Notes: a model not told the origin generated them from the letters alone. A stretch of DNA of 64,000 bases from an uncultured Chloroflexia bacterium (GCA_963774265.1 CAVZDU010000002.1:320001-384000), one strand, 5' to 3'. Positions 27,609 to 39,219 are shown, counted from the first letter of the stretch. Program-made: numbers and translations.

Positions 27609-30600
27609 ATGAGCCGAGGATTCTCGTTCTTTCTGGTCGTGGTCCTGGTGGCCGGCCTGCTGTTGCCGGCTGTCGTCAGCGCTGAGAACGTCGTAACCGA
27701 TGGTCCGAGGGCTACAGAAGCCCGCTATTCGCATCGACTGATCGTCGAACTCACTTCGCCGCCTTTGGCGCAAGTCTCGGGCGAAACGGAATTGTTAGGC
27801 AGCGGCGGCAAGCTCGACGTGACTTCTGCGGCGTCACAGGCATACGTGCAGAAGCTGCAGGCTGAGCAATCGAAGTTCGTCGCTTCCATGCAGGCAGCGG
27901 TTCCAAACGCCAGAGTCGCTACGTATACCAACGAAAGTGGCAGGGCCGTTCCGGCCACCTACCAGATCCTGCTGAATGCAGTGGCGGTGGATGCCGGACG
28001 CAATGTGGACGTTGACGCGCTGGCGAAGCAGCTGCAGCGATTGCCCAACGTGAAACGGGTTTCGAAGGACTATGCGCACGATCCCGATCTTTACGCCAGC
28101 TTGCCCCTGATCAATGCAGAGGCGGCCTGGAACAACGTCGCAATCGGCGGCAAGAGTAATGCCGGTGCGGGCGTCAAGTTCGCCTCGATGGATGGGGGTG
28201 TGCATCATCTCTCGCCCATGTTCGATGGCACGGGCTACACCTACCCGGCCGGTTTCCCCAAGGGTGACACCAGCAACACCAACGGCAAGATCATCCTCAG
28301 CCGCGCGTATTTCCGCACCTGGGACCCGCCGACGGCGGGCGATGCGAATCCCTGGCCGGGCGCGAATACGGGCGGCGGCACGCAGCACGGCACGCATACC
28401 GCCTCCACAGTGGCCGGCGGCGAGGTGCAGGCCTCCTTTGCCGGTGCTGAGCCCGTCACCATTAGCGGCGTGGCCCCCAAGGCCTACGTGATGAGCTACC
28501 GGGTATTCTACGACAGCATCACGCACGACGGCTCCTTCTACAACGTGGAAGGCATCAAGGCGCTGGAAGATATCGTCAAAGACGGCGCTGACGTGCTGAA
28601 CAACTCCTGGGGCGGCGGACCGACCAGTACGGGTGGTGCAGTATGATGCCCTGGACACGGCGCTCCGCAACGCCGTGGCAGCCGGCATCTTCGTCAGCAT
28701 GTCGACAGGCAACGCAGGCCCGAACACGGGCACTGCCGACCATCCGTCGGCCGACTACATCAACGTAGCAGCCAGCAGCACCGATGGCACCTATGCCTCG
28801 GGCACGTTCAGCGTCACTGCACCTGAGCCAGTGCCCACGAGCTCTGGTAGATATGAGCTTCTCGGCGGCGAGTTTCGGCGCGTCGCTCCAGGCCGGCCAG
28901 GTCTACGGCCCATATTCGTTCGTGCCTGCGGCCGCTGTAGATGCCGCCAACAACCTCGGATGCAATCCGTTCGCTGCGGGTGCGTTCGCCGGCAAGATGG
29001 TGTTGATCCAACGCGGCACCTGCGAGTTCGGCGTGAAGGTCCTGAACGCTGAAAATGCCGGCGCGACGCTTCGTGGTGGTCTACAACAACGCTGCCGGCG
29101 GTGATGGCCTGATCAACATGGGCCCCGGAGCCGTCGGCGGACAGGTGACCATCTCCTCGATCTTCATCGGCTTGACCAACGGACAGGCGATGGTCGACTG
29201 GTACACCGCAAACGGCAGCGCGGCGCAGGCGGCGCTGAACACCGTTGCTTACCAGGCCGGCAATACGCCGGACGTCATCGCCAGCTTCTGCAGCCGCGGC
29301 CCTGGCGTGGGCAACGTGCTGAAGCCCGACATCACGGCGCCCGGCGTCAACATCCTGGCCCAGGGCTACGATCCCACCGACACCGGTGAGGCGGGCAACT
29401 TCGGCTATGGCCAGGTCTCCGGCACCTCCATGGCGGCCCCGCACGTCACCGGCGCGGCTGCGCTGATCAAGCAGATTCACCCTGATTGGTCCCCTGCGTG
29501 GATCAAGTCCGCGCTGATGAGCACCTCGAAGTACCTGGATATCGTACACTCACACCGGTGCGCCAGCCCAACCGCTGGACATGGGCGCGGGCCGCCTGGA
29601 CCTGACCAACGCGGCCAACCCCGGCGTCATCCTCGACCCGCCCAGCCTCAGCTTCGGGCTGGTCGAAATGGGCGAGACTAAGTCGCTGGATGTCACGATC
29701 ACCAGCGTGGCCAGCGCGACCGAGACTTACGCGGTGAGCACACTCTACACCGGCGCGGGCTTCGACGCACTGGACACGGTTGACGGCATGTCGGTCAGCC
29801 CGGCCAACATCATCCTGGCTCCCGGCCAAACCGCCAAAATGACAGTCACCTGGAACAGCGCCGCGAGCCTTGATGGCGAAGGCGACAACCAGGGCTTCGT
29901 GGTGCTGGACGGCGCCACACATGATGCGCACATGCCGGCCTGGATGCGCGTGACGTACGCGCCCGAGCCGACCATCTTCGAGGCAAACCTGCCGCTGGCA
30001 CCGGGCAAGGACTTCACCGTGGTGGCCGTGGGCGAGCTGGCCAGTTTTGAGCCGCTGGTGCTGGACGACACAGCGCTGAATGCGGCGCCGGAAGCCGGTC
30101 ATGCCAAGGTGCGCTTCGTGCACGCGTCGCCTGACGCGCCGGCTGTCGATATCGCCGCTGAAGGGCGGCGCGGTGCTCTTCCCGAACGTCGCGTTCAAGG
30201 GCTACCTGGAGGGCGCCGTTCTCGCCGGCACTTACGAGCTCGAGGCCCGCCTCGCAGGCACGACCACGGTTGCGTTGGCCCTGCCGCCACTCACCCTGGA
30301 GGCAGGCAAGATCTACGACGTGTTCGCCGTGGGCAAGGTGGCAGGCGAGGATGATCAGGCGCTGACCACGGTGGTGTTCACGGATGACCCGTCGGCGCCG
30401 CCGGCAGGCAAGGCGCGCGTGCGGGTGATGCACGCGGTGCCGGATGCACCGGCAATGTCGATCTTCGTCAACGACGCACTGGCTTTCTTCGGCATCAGCT
30501 ACAAGGAGCGGAGCGCCGTATGCGACGCTGGATCCCGGCATTTACAACGTCAAGGTCAAACCTGCGTTGGGCGACGTCCTGATCATTGACAACGACGGTT

Positions 30601-33276
30601 CCAGCAGCCTGGGCAACACCGATTACACTCCGACCTACACCGCTGCGCTGGACGCGTTGGGCCTGACCTATGACGTGTTTGGATGCTGACGCCTATGCCG
30701 GCGCCCTGGCGGATTTCCTTCCCGAGGCGACCGTCCTGTCGCAGTACAAGGCGATCGTCTACCAGACCGGCGACAATTACTACCCGAATGGCAGCTTCAC
30801 GGTGCCGACACCGCTCACCACCCGCGACATGGACCGATTGGTGGAATACGCCAATGGTGGCGGGCACATCATCGCCTTCGGCCAGGACCTGGCCTCCGTC
30901 ACCGCCTCCAACCGAAATGACGGCAACGAAACGATTTTCTACGATTTCACCCTGGGTGCAGACTACCTGCAGGACAGCGTCAATGCTGAGCAGGTCTTCA
31001 CCGACACGGTGCAGCTTCTGACGGGCCTGCCCGATAGTCCGTTCTCCGACACCAGCTTCGATATCAGCGCCATGGGTGACGGCGCCGGCAACCAGGGTTA
31101 TGTCGACGAGGTCACCAAGATCAAGGTCGTTATGGCTGCGACGGCCCGGACACGCCCGATCTGTGCCGTGATCAGTACCGTCCGCTGCTGAAGTACGCTC
31201 CGGGCGGCGAGTTCGTAGACCAGGGCTACGTGGCAATGGCGCACCGCGATCAGCCCACGCTGGAGCGCCCCGGCACGACGTTTAAGGGCACCGGCATCTA
31301 CTTCGCCTTCGGCCTCGAGGGTGTGAACAACGACACGGGCTTCAACACCCGTGAGGATCTGCTGGGCTCTGCGCTGAATTGGACGTGGGATGAGCCAGAG
31401 GGCTCGATCACGGCGACCCCGGCCATGCCGGGACAGCGTTACCATGTTCACCGCGGACGTGATGTCCGAATTCGGCGGTGACGGCGTGACCTATCGCTGG
31501 GACTTCGGCGATGGCTCGCCGTTTACCAATGCGTACACGAGCGCAACGGCAGGGCACACTTACGCCAAGTCGGGCGTCTACATCGTGCGCGTCGAAATCA
31601 CCAACGAGCTCGGCACGAGGATCATCGTCGAGACAACCGTTCGAATTGGCTTGTCGACTATCGTCTACCTGCCGTTCATCGCCCAGAACTACACTTCACC
31701 GGAATTGCTGGACCTGACCATCCTGCACACCAACGACTTCCATGCGCGCATCGATGAGTTCGATGTGGGAGGCGCCACATGCACAACGGCGACCAACTGC
31801 ATCGGCGGTTACTCGCGCCTGGCGACCCTGGTGGATGGAATTCGCGCCGAGACGCCGAATGTCTTGCTCGTGGACGCAGGCGACCAATTCCAGGGCACGC
31901 TCTACTACAACCTCTTCAAGTCCGAAGTCGTCGCCCAAATGATGAACACCGTGGGTTATGACGCGATGACGGTCGGCAACCATGAATTCGATGACGGCCC
32001 CGCCGAGCTGGGCATGCTGGCCTCGCGCACCGACTTCCCCATCGTCAGCACCAATCTGGATGTCAGCGCGGAGCCTGCATTGGCCGGGAGCCTCGTCCCC
32101 TACACCATCGTGGGGCGCGGCGGCCAAGATGTCGCGATCCTGGGTGTCACCACGACGGAACTCCCCGACATTTCCAGCCCCGGCAAGAACGTAGTGGTCG
32201 ATGACCCGGTCGCGAGCGTACAGGCCACGGTGGACAAGCTGGAAGGCCAGGGCATCGACAAATTCGTTCTCCTCAGCCATCTGGGCTACGAAGTAGACAA
32301 GACGTTGGCAGCGGCCGTGAGCGGCGTGGATGTTATCGTCGGCGGACACAGCCACACTTTCCTCTATAATCCGACGACAGCCCAGACGTTCACTCCACCC
32401 AACCTTGCTCTCACGCCTGCCGGGGCCTACCCGACCATCATCGAAAGCGCGGCAGAGGAACCCGTCCTCGTCGTCACCGCCTTCGAGTGGGGCAAGTTCC
32501 TGGGCCGGCTCAACGTCAAGTTCGATGTCGATGGCATCATCGTCGGCTATGACGGCAACCCCATCTACGTGAGCAACACGATCGCCAAAGACCCGGGCAT
32601 CGAAACGATGCTGGCGCCCTACCGCGCGGACGTAAACGCGCTGATGACTCAGAAAGTCGGTGAGATCACGGTAGATGCGCCTCTCAGCGTCAGCGGCAAA
32701 CGCATCTGCCGCCTGGGCGAGTGCCTGCTGGGCAACCTGGTCACTGACACCATGCTCTGGCAGGTCAATACGATGGGCGGCGGCGACTATCAGATCGCGG
32801 TTACAAACGGCGGTGGCCTGCGCGCAGCGCTCCTGGCTGGCGACGTGACTTTCGGCGGCGTGATGGGCGTGCTGCCCTTCGGCAACACCATCGCCACGAT
32901 GGGGCTCAAGGGCCAGGACCTGCTGGCGGCGCTGGAACACAGCGTCCGGCTATATCCGGCCGAAAACGGGGGCTTCCTGCAAGTCTCCGGCATGCGTTAC
33001 ACCTTCGATCCCGCACTGGCGGCTGGCTCGCGCATCGTCAGCGCAGAAGTTCGGAAAGGCGCGACGTGGGAAGCGATCCAACCGAACACCATCTACAAGG
33101 TCGTGACCAACAACTTCACGCGTAACGGCGGCGACGGCTACACCTGGTTCCGTGACAACTCCGTCAACCCCTACGATTTCGGCCCGATGCTGCACGATGC
33201 AGTGATCGATTTCTTCTTGACCTTCACCCCGGTAACCCCGGTCATCGAAGGTCGCATCAACGCAGTTGCACCGTAA
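27609..33276 (+). CDS. Giant secreted multidomain protein: S8 peptidase with PA domain, DUF4397-like repeats, PKD and 5'-nucleotidase (about 9 apparent frameshifts)
   Basis: Signal peptide; 'SMDGG', 'QHGTHTAS', 'SGTSMAAPHV'; PA 'LIQRGTCEFG.KV.NA..AGA'; 'RFVHASPDAPAVD'; PKD 'YRWDFGDG'; 5'-NT 'LHTNDFH', 'DAGDQFQG', 'GNHEFD', 'GGHSH'. Consecutive ORF fragments continue each other across 1-bp shifts. Confidence 0.75.
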
Positions 33277-33307
33277 CCGCTGATCGTCAGCGGTTCGCGA
33301 GTAGAGG

Positions 33308-33340
33308 AGGTGCCGGGCACTTTGAAAGTGCCCGGCACCT
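33308..33340. repeat. REP-like palindrome copy 3
   Basis: Perfect aggtgccgggcacttt-g-aaagtgcccggcacct. Confidence 0.7.
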
Positions 33341-33357
33341 GCGAAGACTGCTAACGC

Positions 33358-33392
33358 AAAACGGGAGCCGCTGCATGCAGCGGCTCCCGTTT
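33358..33392. terminator. Bidirectional terminator (tRNA-Ser / 5'-NT gene)
   Basis: aaacgggagccgctgca|tgcagcggctcccgttt perfect inverted repeat. Confidence 0.75.
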
Positions 33393-33396
33393 CTTG

Positions 33397-33466
<70 letters not shown>

Positions 33467-33487
<21 letters not shown>

Positions 33488-33620
33488 GTGACGAACTAAC
33501 GTCTATTCTACGCGCTTTGCGCGGATCGTCAAAATAGTGGCCCAAGTGCCTCCGAACGCCCCGGGTCGCCATTGGGCACACGCCTGCGCACGGGCGCTCC
33601 GCCCAGACCTGTACGAGGAC
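33467..33620. repeat. Degenerate direct repeat, left copy (partner 35654-35796)
   Basis: 'gcggatcgtcaaa...ggcccaagtgcctccgaacgccccgggtcgccattgggcacacgcctgcgca' is nearly identical to 35696-35765. Confidence 0.85.
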
Positions 33621-33970
33621 GCGGCCGCCTCCGCGGCGCGTGCGCTCGTGCCGCCCGGCACCACCACTGAACCGCCGGCCTGGATGGGGCCGATCATCAT
33701 GCGTTCACTGTGGCACTGTGGCGCCACGCTTGACGAAGGAGAACAGTCATGCGAGGATATTGAGGAAGTTTAGATTAAGTGTGGCGGTCAACAAGGTGCC
33801 AGTTGACGCCGAGGGCAACAAGACGAGAAGGTCAAGTGGTTCCGGGTCACCTGCGACCGGGCCTGGAGCGAGAAGGAAGGAGGTGAGCCGACCGCCCGTC
33901 GAGCAAAACAATCTCCACTTGTAGGTTTGCGAAATCCGCCCGATCATAGAAGTTCCTGGAGGGTGAAATC

Positions 33971-35485
33971 GTGGCAGGCAAGCAACCTGAGGCAATGCAA
34001 ATCGGCGTCAGCCGGCCTGAACTGCCGCTGGACGATCTGCCGACACCTGAAGAGGTGTTCAACAAACCCAAGATAGGCATCAAGGAAGTCATCACCTCGG
34101 TGCTTGGCCCCAGCATGATCGCACTGGGTGCAGCCCTCGGTTCGGGCGAGTGGCTGCTCGGGCCGTTGGCATTTGGGAAATACGGCTTCACGGGCCTTGG
34201 CTGGCTCATCACGATCTCCGCGATCCTGCAAGTCCTCTACAACGTCGAGAACGCCCGCTACACCATAGCCACCGGTGAGGTGCCGATCGTCGGCTTCACC
34301 CGCACGCCGCCCGGCTTCAAATTCTGGGCGCTAGTAACCCTCTTCGTCATCTACATCAGCTGGATCTGGGGTGGCTGGGCGGCTGCCGCCGGGCAGAGCA
34401 TCTTCGCCATTTTCGCCGGCCGCAGCTATGACGTGAAAAATCCGACTGAGGTGGAGACCTATCGTCTCATTGCCATCGGCCTGATGTTCCTGTCTCTGCT
34501 GATCTATACGTTCGGCAAGAAGATTGCCCGCACCATGGAGCTCATTGATACGTTCCTGGTGATCTTCACCCTGACCACGATCACCGTTCTAGCCATCATC
34601 TTTGCACCTGTGAGGCTATGGGGTGAGATGCTGACGAGCATCGTGACGCCAGGGGCTTTGCCCAAAGGCATTGACGCCATCACCCTCGGTTCGATCATCG
34701 GTTACACCGGCTTTGGCGCAGGCATGAACTTCCTGCTGATCAACTACTATCGCGACCACGGCTATGGTATGGGGCACAAAGTCGGCTTCTACTCGGGCCT
34801 GATTGGCGGCAAGAAGCAGGAGGTGCTGGCATCCGGCGTGACCTTCCGCGAGAGCGAGCGGAATACGAAGGTCTGGAACCGCTGGTTCCGCTATCTGATG
34901 ATAGACCAGTGGGTCGTGTTCTTCGTCGGCGCCATGATCGGCATGTTCATCCCAAGCGTGCTGGTGCGTTTTCTCGCGAGCCTTCCTGGCGCGGGGACGC
35001 CCACCACCGCCAACATGCCCGTGTACGCCGCGACCGAACTGGGCAAGCAAGGAGCGTTCTTCTTCCCCTTCCTGTTGGTGATCGGTTCCTTGATCCTTTT
35101 CAAGACGCAGACGACGATCCTGGAGATGTTGATCCGCAACACGACAGACGCCGCCCTCGCTGTGAGCCCGAGCTTGCGCAAGCTGATCCACGGTGATCCG
35201 CGACGGGCTTACTACCTGATGGCTCTGCTGTTCATTATCATCATCGCGATCATCATCCACGTGGCGCTGCCGATCCGACTGCTGCAGATCTCCGGCAACA
35301 TGTCGAACCTGGCATCGCTGATCTACCCAATCGTGCTGATCTACCTGAACACGAAGCTGCCGAGGCCAGCCAAGGCCAGGTGGTGGTCGATTCTGGCGCT
35401 GGTGCTGAATTTCCTGTTCTTTGGTTTCTGGTTCATCAACTTTGCAGTGAATATGATCGCCGGCCATCCGCTGGTGCAGTTCTAG
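33971..35485 (+). CDS. Nramp-family/APC-fold secondary transporter
   Basis: 'LGPSMIALGAALGSGEW', 'RYTIATGE', about 11 TM; GTG start after GGAGG. Confidence 0.85.
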   Translation: MAGKQPEAMQIGVSRPELPLDDLPTPEEVFNKPKIGIKEVITSVLGPSMIALGAALGSGEWLLGPLAFGKYGFTGLGWLITISAILQVLYNVENARYTIATGEVPIVGFTRTPPGFKFWALVTLFVIYISWIWGGWAAAAGQSIFAIFAGRSYDVKNPTEVETYRLIAIGLMFLSLLIYTFGKKIARTMELIDTFLVIFTLTTITVLAIIFAPVRLWGEMLTSIVTPGALPKGIDAITLGSIIGYTGFGAGMNFLLINYYRDHGYGMGHKVGFYSGLIGGKKQEVLASGVTFRESERNTKVWNRWFRYLMIDQWVVFFVGAMIGMFIPSVLVRFLASLPGAGTPTTANMPVYAATELGKQGAFFFPFLLVIGSLILFKTQTTILEMLIRNTTDAALAVSPSLRKLIHGDPRRAYYLMALLFIIIIAIIIHVALPIRLLQISGNMSNLASLIYPIVLIYLNTKLPRPAKARWWSILALVLNFLFFGFWFINFAVNMIAGHPLVQF

Positions 35486-35653
35486 GCGCACGACTCCGTC
35501 CGGCCGGTAGGGGCCCGCCGGGACCCTGCCGGTTGTCTCGTAGTCGCCCGGCGCCAGGCAGGAATAGCCTGCTTCTGTACTCACAGTCTGCGAGTTTCAC
35601 CTTGCGACGGGTTTTGGAGGCACAGGGCGCCCGGAGTATGAAGGGGCGAAGTT

Positions 35654-35796
35654 GACCGAACTGCGACGCAGAGAGTCGGCCAGGCTATTCTGAATGCGGA
35701 TCGTCAAATCACTGGCCCAGGTGCCTCCGAACGCCCTGGGTCGCCATTGGGCACGCGCCTGCGCATGGGCCGCGGTCCGCCGACCTGCTTCAGGAT
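35654..35796. repeat. Degenerate direct repeat, right copy (3' end of VWA gene plus tRNA 5'-like remnant)
   Basis: Matches 33467-33620, including 'gaccgaact(at)gcgac' and 'ctattct'. Confidence 0.8.
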
Positions 35797-36954
35797 CTCT
35801 ACCAGGCGTTCGAGGCTGGTCAGGTTATGCACAGGCAAGAAATCATCCACGTAGGGCAGAACGGTCTGGATCCCCAGGACTAATGGCTTGTAGCCAGGAG
35901 CACCGATCAGCGGGTTCAACCAGATCAGGCGGCGACAACTGAGCTGCAGGCGGCAGATTTCCGAACGCAGTAAGTCCAAATCACCGCGGTCCCAGCCGTC
36001 GCTGATGATGAGCACCGTCGGTCCGTGACCCAAAACCCGACGCGCCCAGTCAAAATTAAAGGTCTTGAGTGACTCGCCGATGCGGGTTCCGCCGCCCCAG
36101 TCATTCACGGCAGCGGCAGCCTCGTGCAGCGCCTGGTCGATATCCGTCCTGTGCAGTTGGCGGGTCACCCGCGTCAGCCGGGTGCCAAATGCAAACGTCT
36201 CGACGTCCGCCAGCCCGTTAGTGATCGCGTACAGGAACTGCAACAGCACCCGCGAATAGAGTGCCATCGATCCGCTGACGTCACACAAGACCACAACCGG
36301 CCGTCGCTTGATCTTCGGCCGCTGCCACGCCAGCTCGATCATCTCCCCACCATATCGCAGCCCGGACCGCAGCGCACGACCGAGGTCGAGGCGTGTGCCG
36401 TGCGACGCCGGCCGCCTCCGGCGCGATCGCCTCAGATCGGGTCGCCAACGGATGTTGTGGATCAGATCCGTGACGCTGTGCAGCTCTTCTTCGGAGAGCC
36501 CGGCGAAATCCTTCTCGCGCAGCACTTCGAGCGCACTGTAGGACATCAGCGGGTCAGGCTCCGGCTCTTCAGACGGCTCCTCTTCGGGCGGTTCTTCAGG
36601 CGTTTCTTCGTCAGAAGACTCGTCTCGCCTCTCCTGCTGGTCCTTTGGAGGGGGCGCCTTTTCTGCTTCGCCGGCTTCGGGCATCTCCCGCTCTTCGGTG
36701 CTCCACGCGTGCCAAAACAGATCGAAGGCGCGGTCGAACACTTCGGCCTGGTCACGGCTGGTCACGAGCGTCGCCCGCGAGGCGTCTCTGAATTCGTCTT
36801 TTCGCCGCAGGTCCAGGTAGGGCAGCACCCGAACGAGGTCCACCAACTGATCCGGGCTGGCGGGGACCCCAACGCTGCGCAGCAGCCTGGCGAACAGCAC
36901 CAGATTGCGCAGGAGGTTCCCGCGTGGGCGGATGAGCGCCGATTCCAGCTCCAT
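35704..36954 (-). CDS. CoxE-like VWA domain protein
   Basis: MIDAS 'DVSGSM', 'FGTRLTRVT', 'WGGGTRIGESL', 'ISDGWDRG', 'WLNP'. Confidence 0.92.
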   Translation of the reverse strand: MELESALIRPRGNLLRNLVLFARLLRSVGVPASPDQLVDLVRVLPYLDLRRKDEFRDASRATLVTSRDQAEVFDRAFDLFWHAWSTEEREMPEAGEAEKAPPPKDQQERRDESSDEETPEEPPEEEPSEEPEPDPLMSYSALEVLREKDFAGLSEEELHSVTDLIHNIRWRPDLRRSRRRRPASHGTRLDLGRALRSGLRYGGEMIELAWQRPKIKRRPVVVLCDVSGSMALYSRVLLQFLYAITNGLADVETFAFGTRLTRVTRQLHRTDIDQALHEAAAAVNDWGGGTRIGESLKTFNFDWARRVLGHGPTVLIISDGWDRGDLDLLRSEICRLQLSCRRLIWLNPLIGAPGYKPLVLGIQTVLPYVDDFLPVHNLTSLERLVEILKQVGGPRPMRRRVPNGDPGRSEAPGPVI

Positions 36955-36966
36955 CGGGAAGAGGCC

Positions 36967-37887
36967 CTAGCTTGCGATCTTCTTGAGGATGCGGTGTGCG
37001 ATCCCACCCCGCACCTGGCGGATGTCATCCTGGTACTTGAGGACTGCCCCAAGCGTGTCGTTGACCGTCTCCTCGTCCAGCGCGCGCTGGTCAAGCGCTA
37101 CCAGGGCGTTGAGCCAGTCGATTGTTTCGGCGACGCCAGGCCGCTTGTAGAGGTCCGTATTCCGCAAATCCTGGACGAAGGCAACCACCTGCTGCGCTAA
37201 TAGCTCGGGAGCGGCGGGCACGCGCGCATGCACGATGCGGACTTCCTTCTCCAACGATGGGTAGTCGATCCAATGGTACAGGCAGCGCCGCTTCAAGGCA
37301 TCGTGAATCTCGCGCGTCCGGTTCGACGTAATGATCACCACCGGCGGCTCTGGCGCTCGAATGGTGCCAAGCTCAGGCACAGTCACCTGGTACTCGGCGA
37401 GCAGCTCCAGCAAGAACGCCTCGAACTCCTCATCGGCGCGGTCCAATTCATCGATCAGCAGCACCGGCGCCCGGCCATCCGCCTGGTCCACCGCCTGCAG
37501 CAGCGGGCGCTTGAGTAAGAAGTCGGGCGTGAAGATATCCTTGATCCTATGGCGCTCATTCCCCTCGCAGTCGGCGCCCGCGAGCTCACCGGCCGCCTCC
37601 CAGAGCCGGATTTGCAGGATCTGTTCGGCATAGTTCCACTCGTACAACGCAGAAGATACGTCAAGGCCCTCGTAGCACTGGAGACGGATGAGCGGGCGCT
37701 GCAAGACCTCGGAGAGAACCTTTGCGATCTCCGTCTTGCCTACGCCTGCTTCGCCCTCCACAAACAGCGGCTTGTGCAGCTTGATCGACAGATGGATGGC
37801 GGTCGCCAGGCTGCGCTCAGCGATGTACAGATGGGCGGCAAGCTTCTCCTGCCAGAGCCCGACCGATGCGGGCACTTCGACGGTCAT
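36967..37887 (-). CDS. CoxD-like MoxR AAA+ ATPase
   Basis: Walker A 'GEAGVGKT', 'RLQCYEG', Walker B 'LLIDELD', 'TSNRTRE.HDALKRRC'. Confidence 0.92.
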   Translation of the reverse strand: MTVEVPASVGLWQEKLAAHLYIAERSLATAIHLSIKLHKPLFVEGEAGVGKTEIAKVLSEVLQRPLIRLQCYEGLDVSSALYEWNYAEQILQIRLWEAAGELAGADCEGNERHRIKDIFTPDFLLKRPLLQAVDQADGRAPVLLIDELDRADEEFEAFLLELLAEYQVTVPELGTIRAPEPPVVIITSNRTREIHDALKRRCLYHWIDYPSLEKEVRIVHARVPAAPELLAQQVVAFVQDLRNTDLYKRPGVAETIDWLNALVALDQRALDEETVNDTLGAVLKYQDDIRQVRGGIAHRILKKIAS

Positions 37888-38709
37888 TTTGCCTCCCGAG
37901 TTGAACGACGACTTTCAGCAGAAAGAATCGCCTCCAGCACACCGCCGGCGATCGCCAGCGACTTCTCCGAGATCTCGAAGCAGTGCGAGACGGCGGCGCG
38001 CGGGTCCACGTCGCCGATCTTGGTCCCAACGGACACCACCGTCCCATCGCGCACCATGCCCCGGAGGACCCCTGCCGCGCCGGCGTAGACGTCGCACCCC
38101 CCGACCCCCGCCACCACCTGGCCCTCGGCCACCCGGTCACCGATCGCGGCCCGGCCTGTCACCACGCCGGTGATGGGTGCGCGCAATATCCGCTCCGCCG
38201 TCTTGCCGCCCACTTCGCCGGGCCGGCCGGTGTCGGGCTCCGCGGCGCCCCTGTAGATCGGCCGCCCCAGCCGGTGCCCACGATTGGTCTCGATCACCAC
38301 GTGACAATCAACGCCAGCCATGAACCCGGGACCCAACGCGATTACAAGCGGTGCGTCGTCGATCGCTGTCCCGGTATTGTGCTTGGCCATAATCGCGTCC
38401 ACGACCACCGCGGGCGCCAGCTCGGCACGGTACGCACCGTCGGGATCCACCAGAACCGGGACCACGTGCTCGGACAACGCCTGGCGCACCGCAGCGGCAT
38501 CGCTCGACGCGGCGGGCGCGGATGCCTTCCACCTGGGCTTCTCCATCGTACACCGCCTCCGCAAACGCCACTGTCCGGCGCACCACCAGGGGCTGCGGCA
38601 GCTCGGTCATCACCACAGGGAACCCGCACCTGTGCAGCCGCGCCGCGACGCCGGTGGCCAGGTCGCCTGCGCCGCGGATCAAAACGAGGGTATCGAACAC
38701 GTTATGCAT
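37884..38709 (-). CDS. yqeB: Selenium-dependent molybdenum hydroxylase system protein YqeB (EF2563 family), apparent frameshift near 38510
   Basis: 'VLIRGAGDLATGVA.RL...RRTVAF.EAVY' then 'DAIMAK.N.GT...ALGPGF.AG.DC..VIET.RGH.LG', 'KIGDVDPR', 'SEKSLAIAGGVLEA'. Confidence 0.88.
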
Positions 38710-38818
38710 TCCATGACTACCGATCGAAGATAACAGATTGAAGATTGAAGCCCGAACCGGCGAGCGTGCGCAAGTCGGGCCTCGATCTTCACTTCAGTCG
38801 TGCACTCCAGTCGTCGCT

Positions 38819-39127
38819 CTACGCGATGACGACCTTCTCCTCCATAAACACATGGGTGCGAGAAGAGCAGTGCGCCGCAGCGTCCGCGCCGGCCGCCTTC
38901 CCGGCGTCCGTTGCGAATCCGGCATTGCGCGCCTCCATGTTGTCGAACCACATCTCAGAGACAGCGTCCGGCGTCGCGGGGTTATCTTCCAGCACGACGT
39001 TCATCCGATAGTGCCGCATGCCCGGGATCTTCTTCCCCAACTCGACGTGCTCTTCGAGCGCCCAGGTGCGGAACTCCTCCAGGGTCATACCTTCTTTGCG
39101 CTTCAACAGCGAAAAGATCTTCAGCAT
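38819..39127 (-). CDS. EthD family reductase
   Basis: 'LKRKEGMT.EEF...EHV.L...PG', 'DAVSEMWFD'; RBS GGAGG. Confidence 0.85.
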   Translation of the reverse strand: MLKIFSLLKRKEGMTLEEFRTWALEEHVELGKKIPGMRHYRMNVVLEDNPATPDAVSEMWFDNMEARNAGFATDAGKAAGADAAAHCSSRTHVFMEEKVVIA

Positions 39128-39150
39128 TCGATCCTCCGTTTGTGATGATG

Positions 39151-39219
39151 GGGGCGGCCCAGGGCGGCCACATAGGGCCGCCCCTACCGCCTCGGGCGGC
39201 CACACAGGGCCGCCCCTAC
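39151..39219 (-). repeat. Tandem GTAG-type REP elements
   Basis: Two copies (39162-39187, 39194-39219) of minus-strand GTAGGGGCGGCCCT(A/G)TGTGGCCGCCC, plus a partial inverted arm. Confidence 0.8.

Noticed and set aside
33760-33960. yybP-ykoY (Mn) riboswitch or small leader ORF upstream of the Nramp-like gene
   Set aside because: Only scattered short matches (GTCAACA, CAAGAC) without the GGGGAGUAG core; the AGGAGG overlaps the candidate GTG with no spacing.
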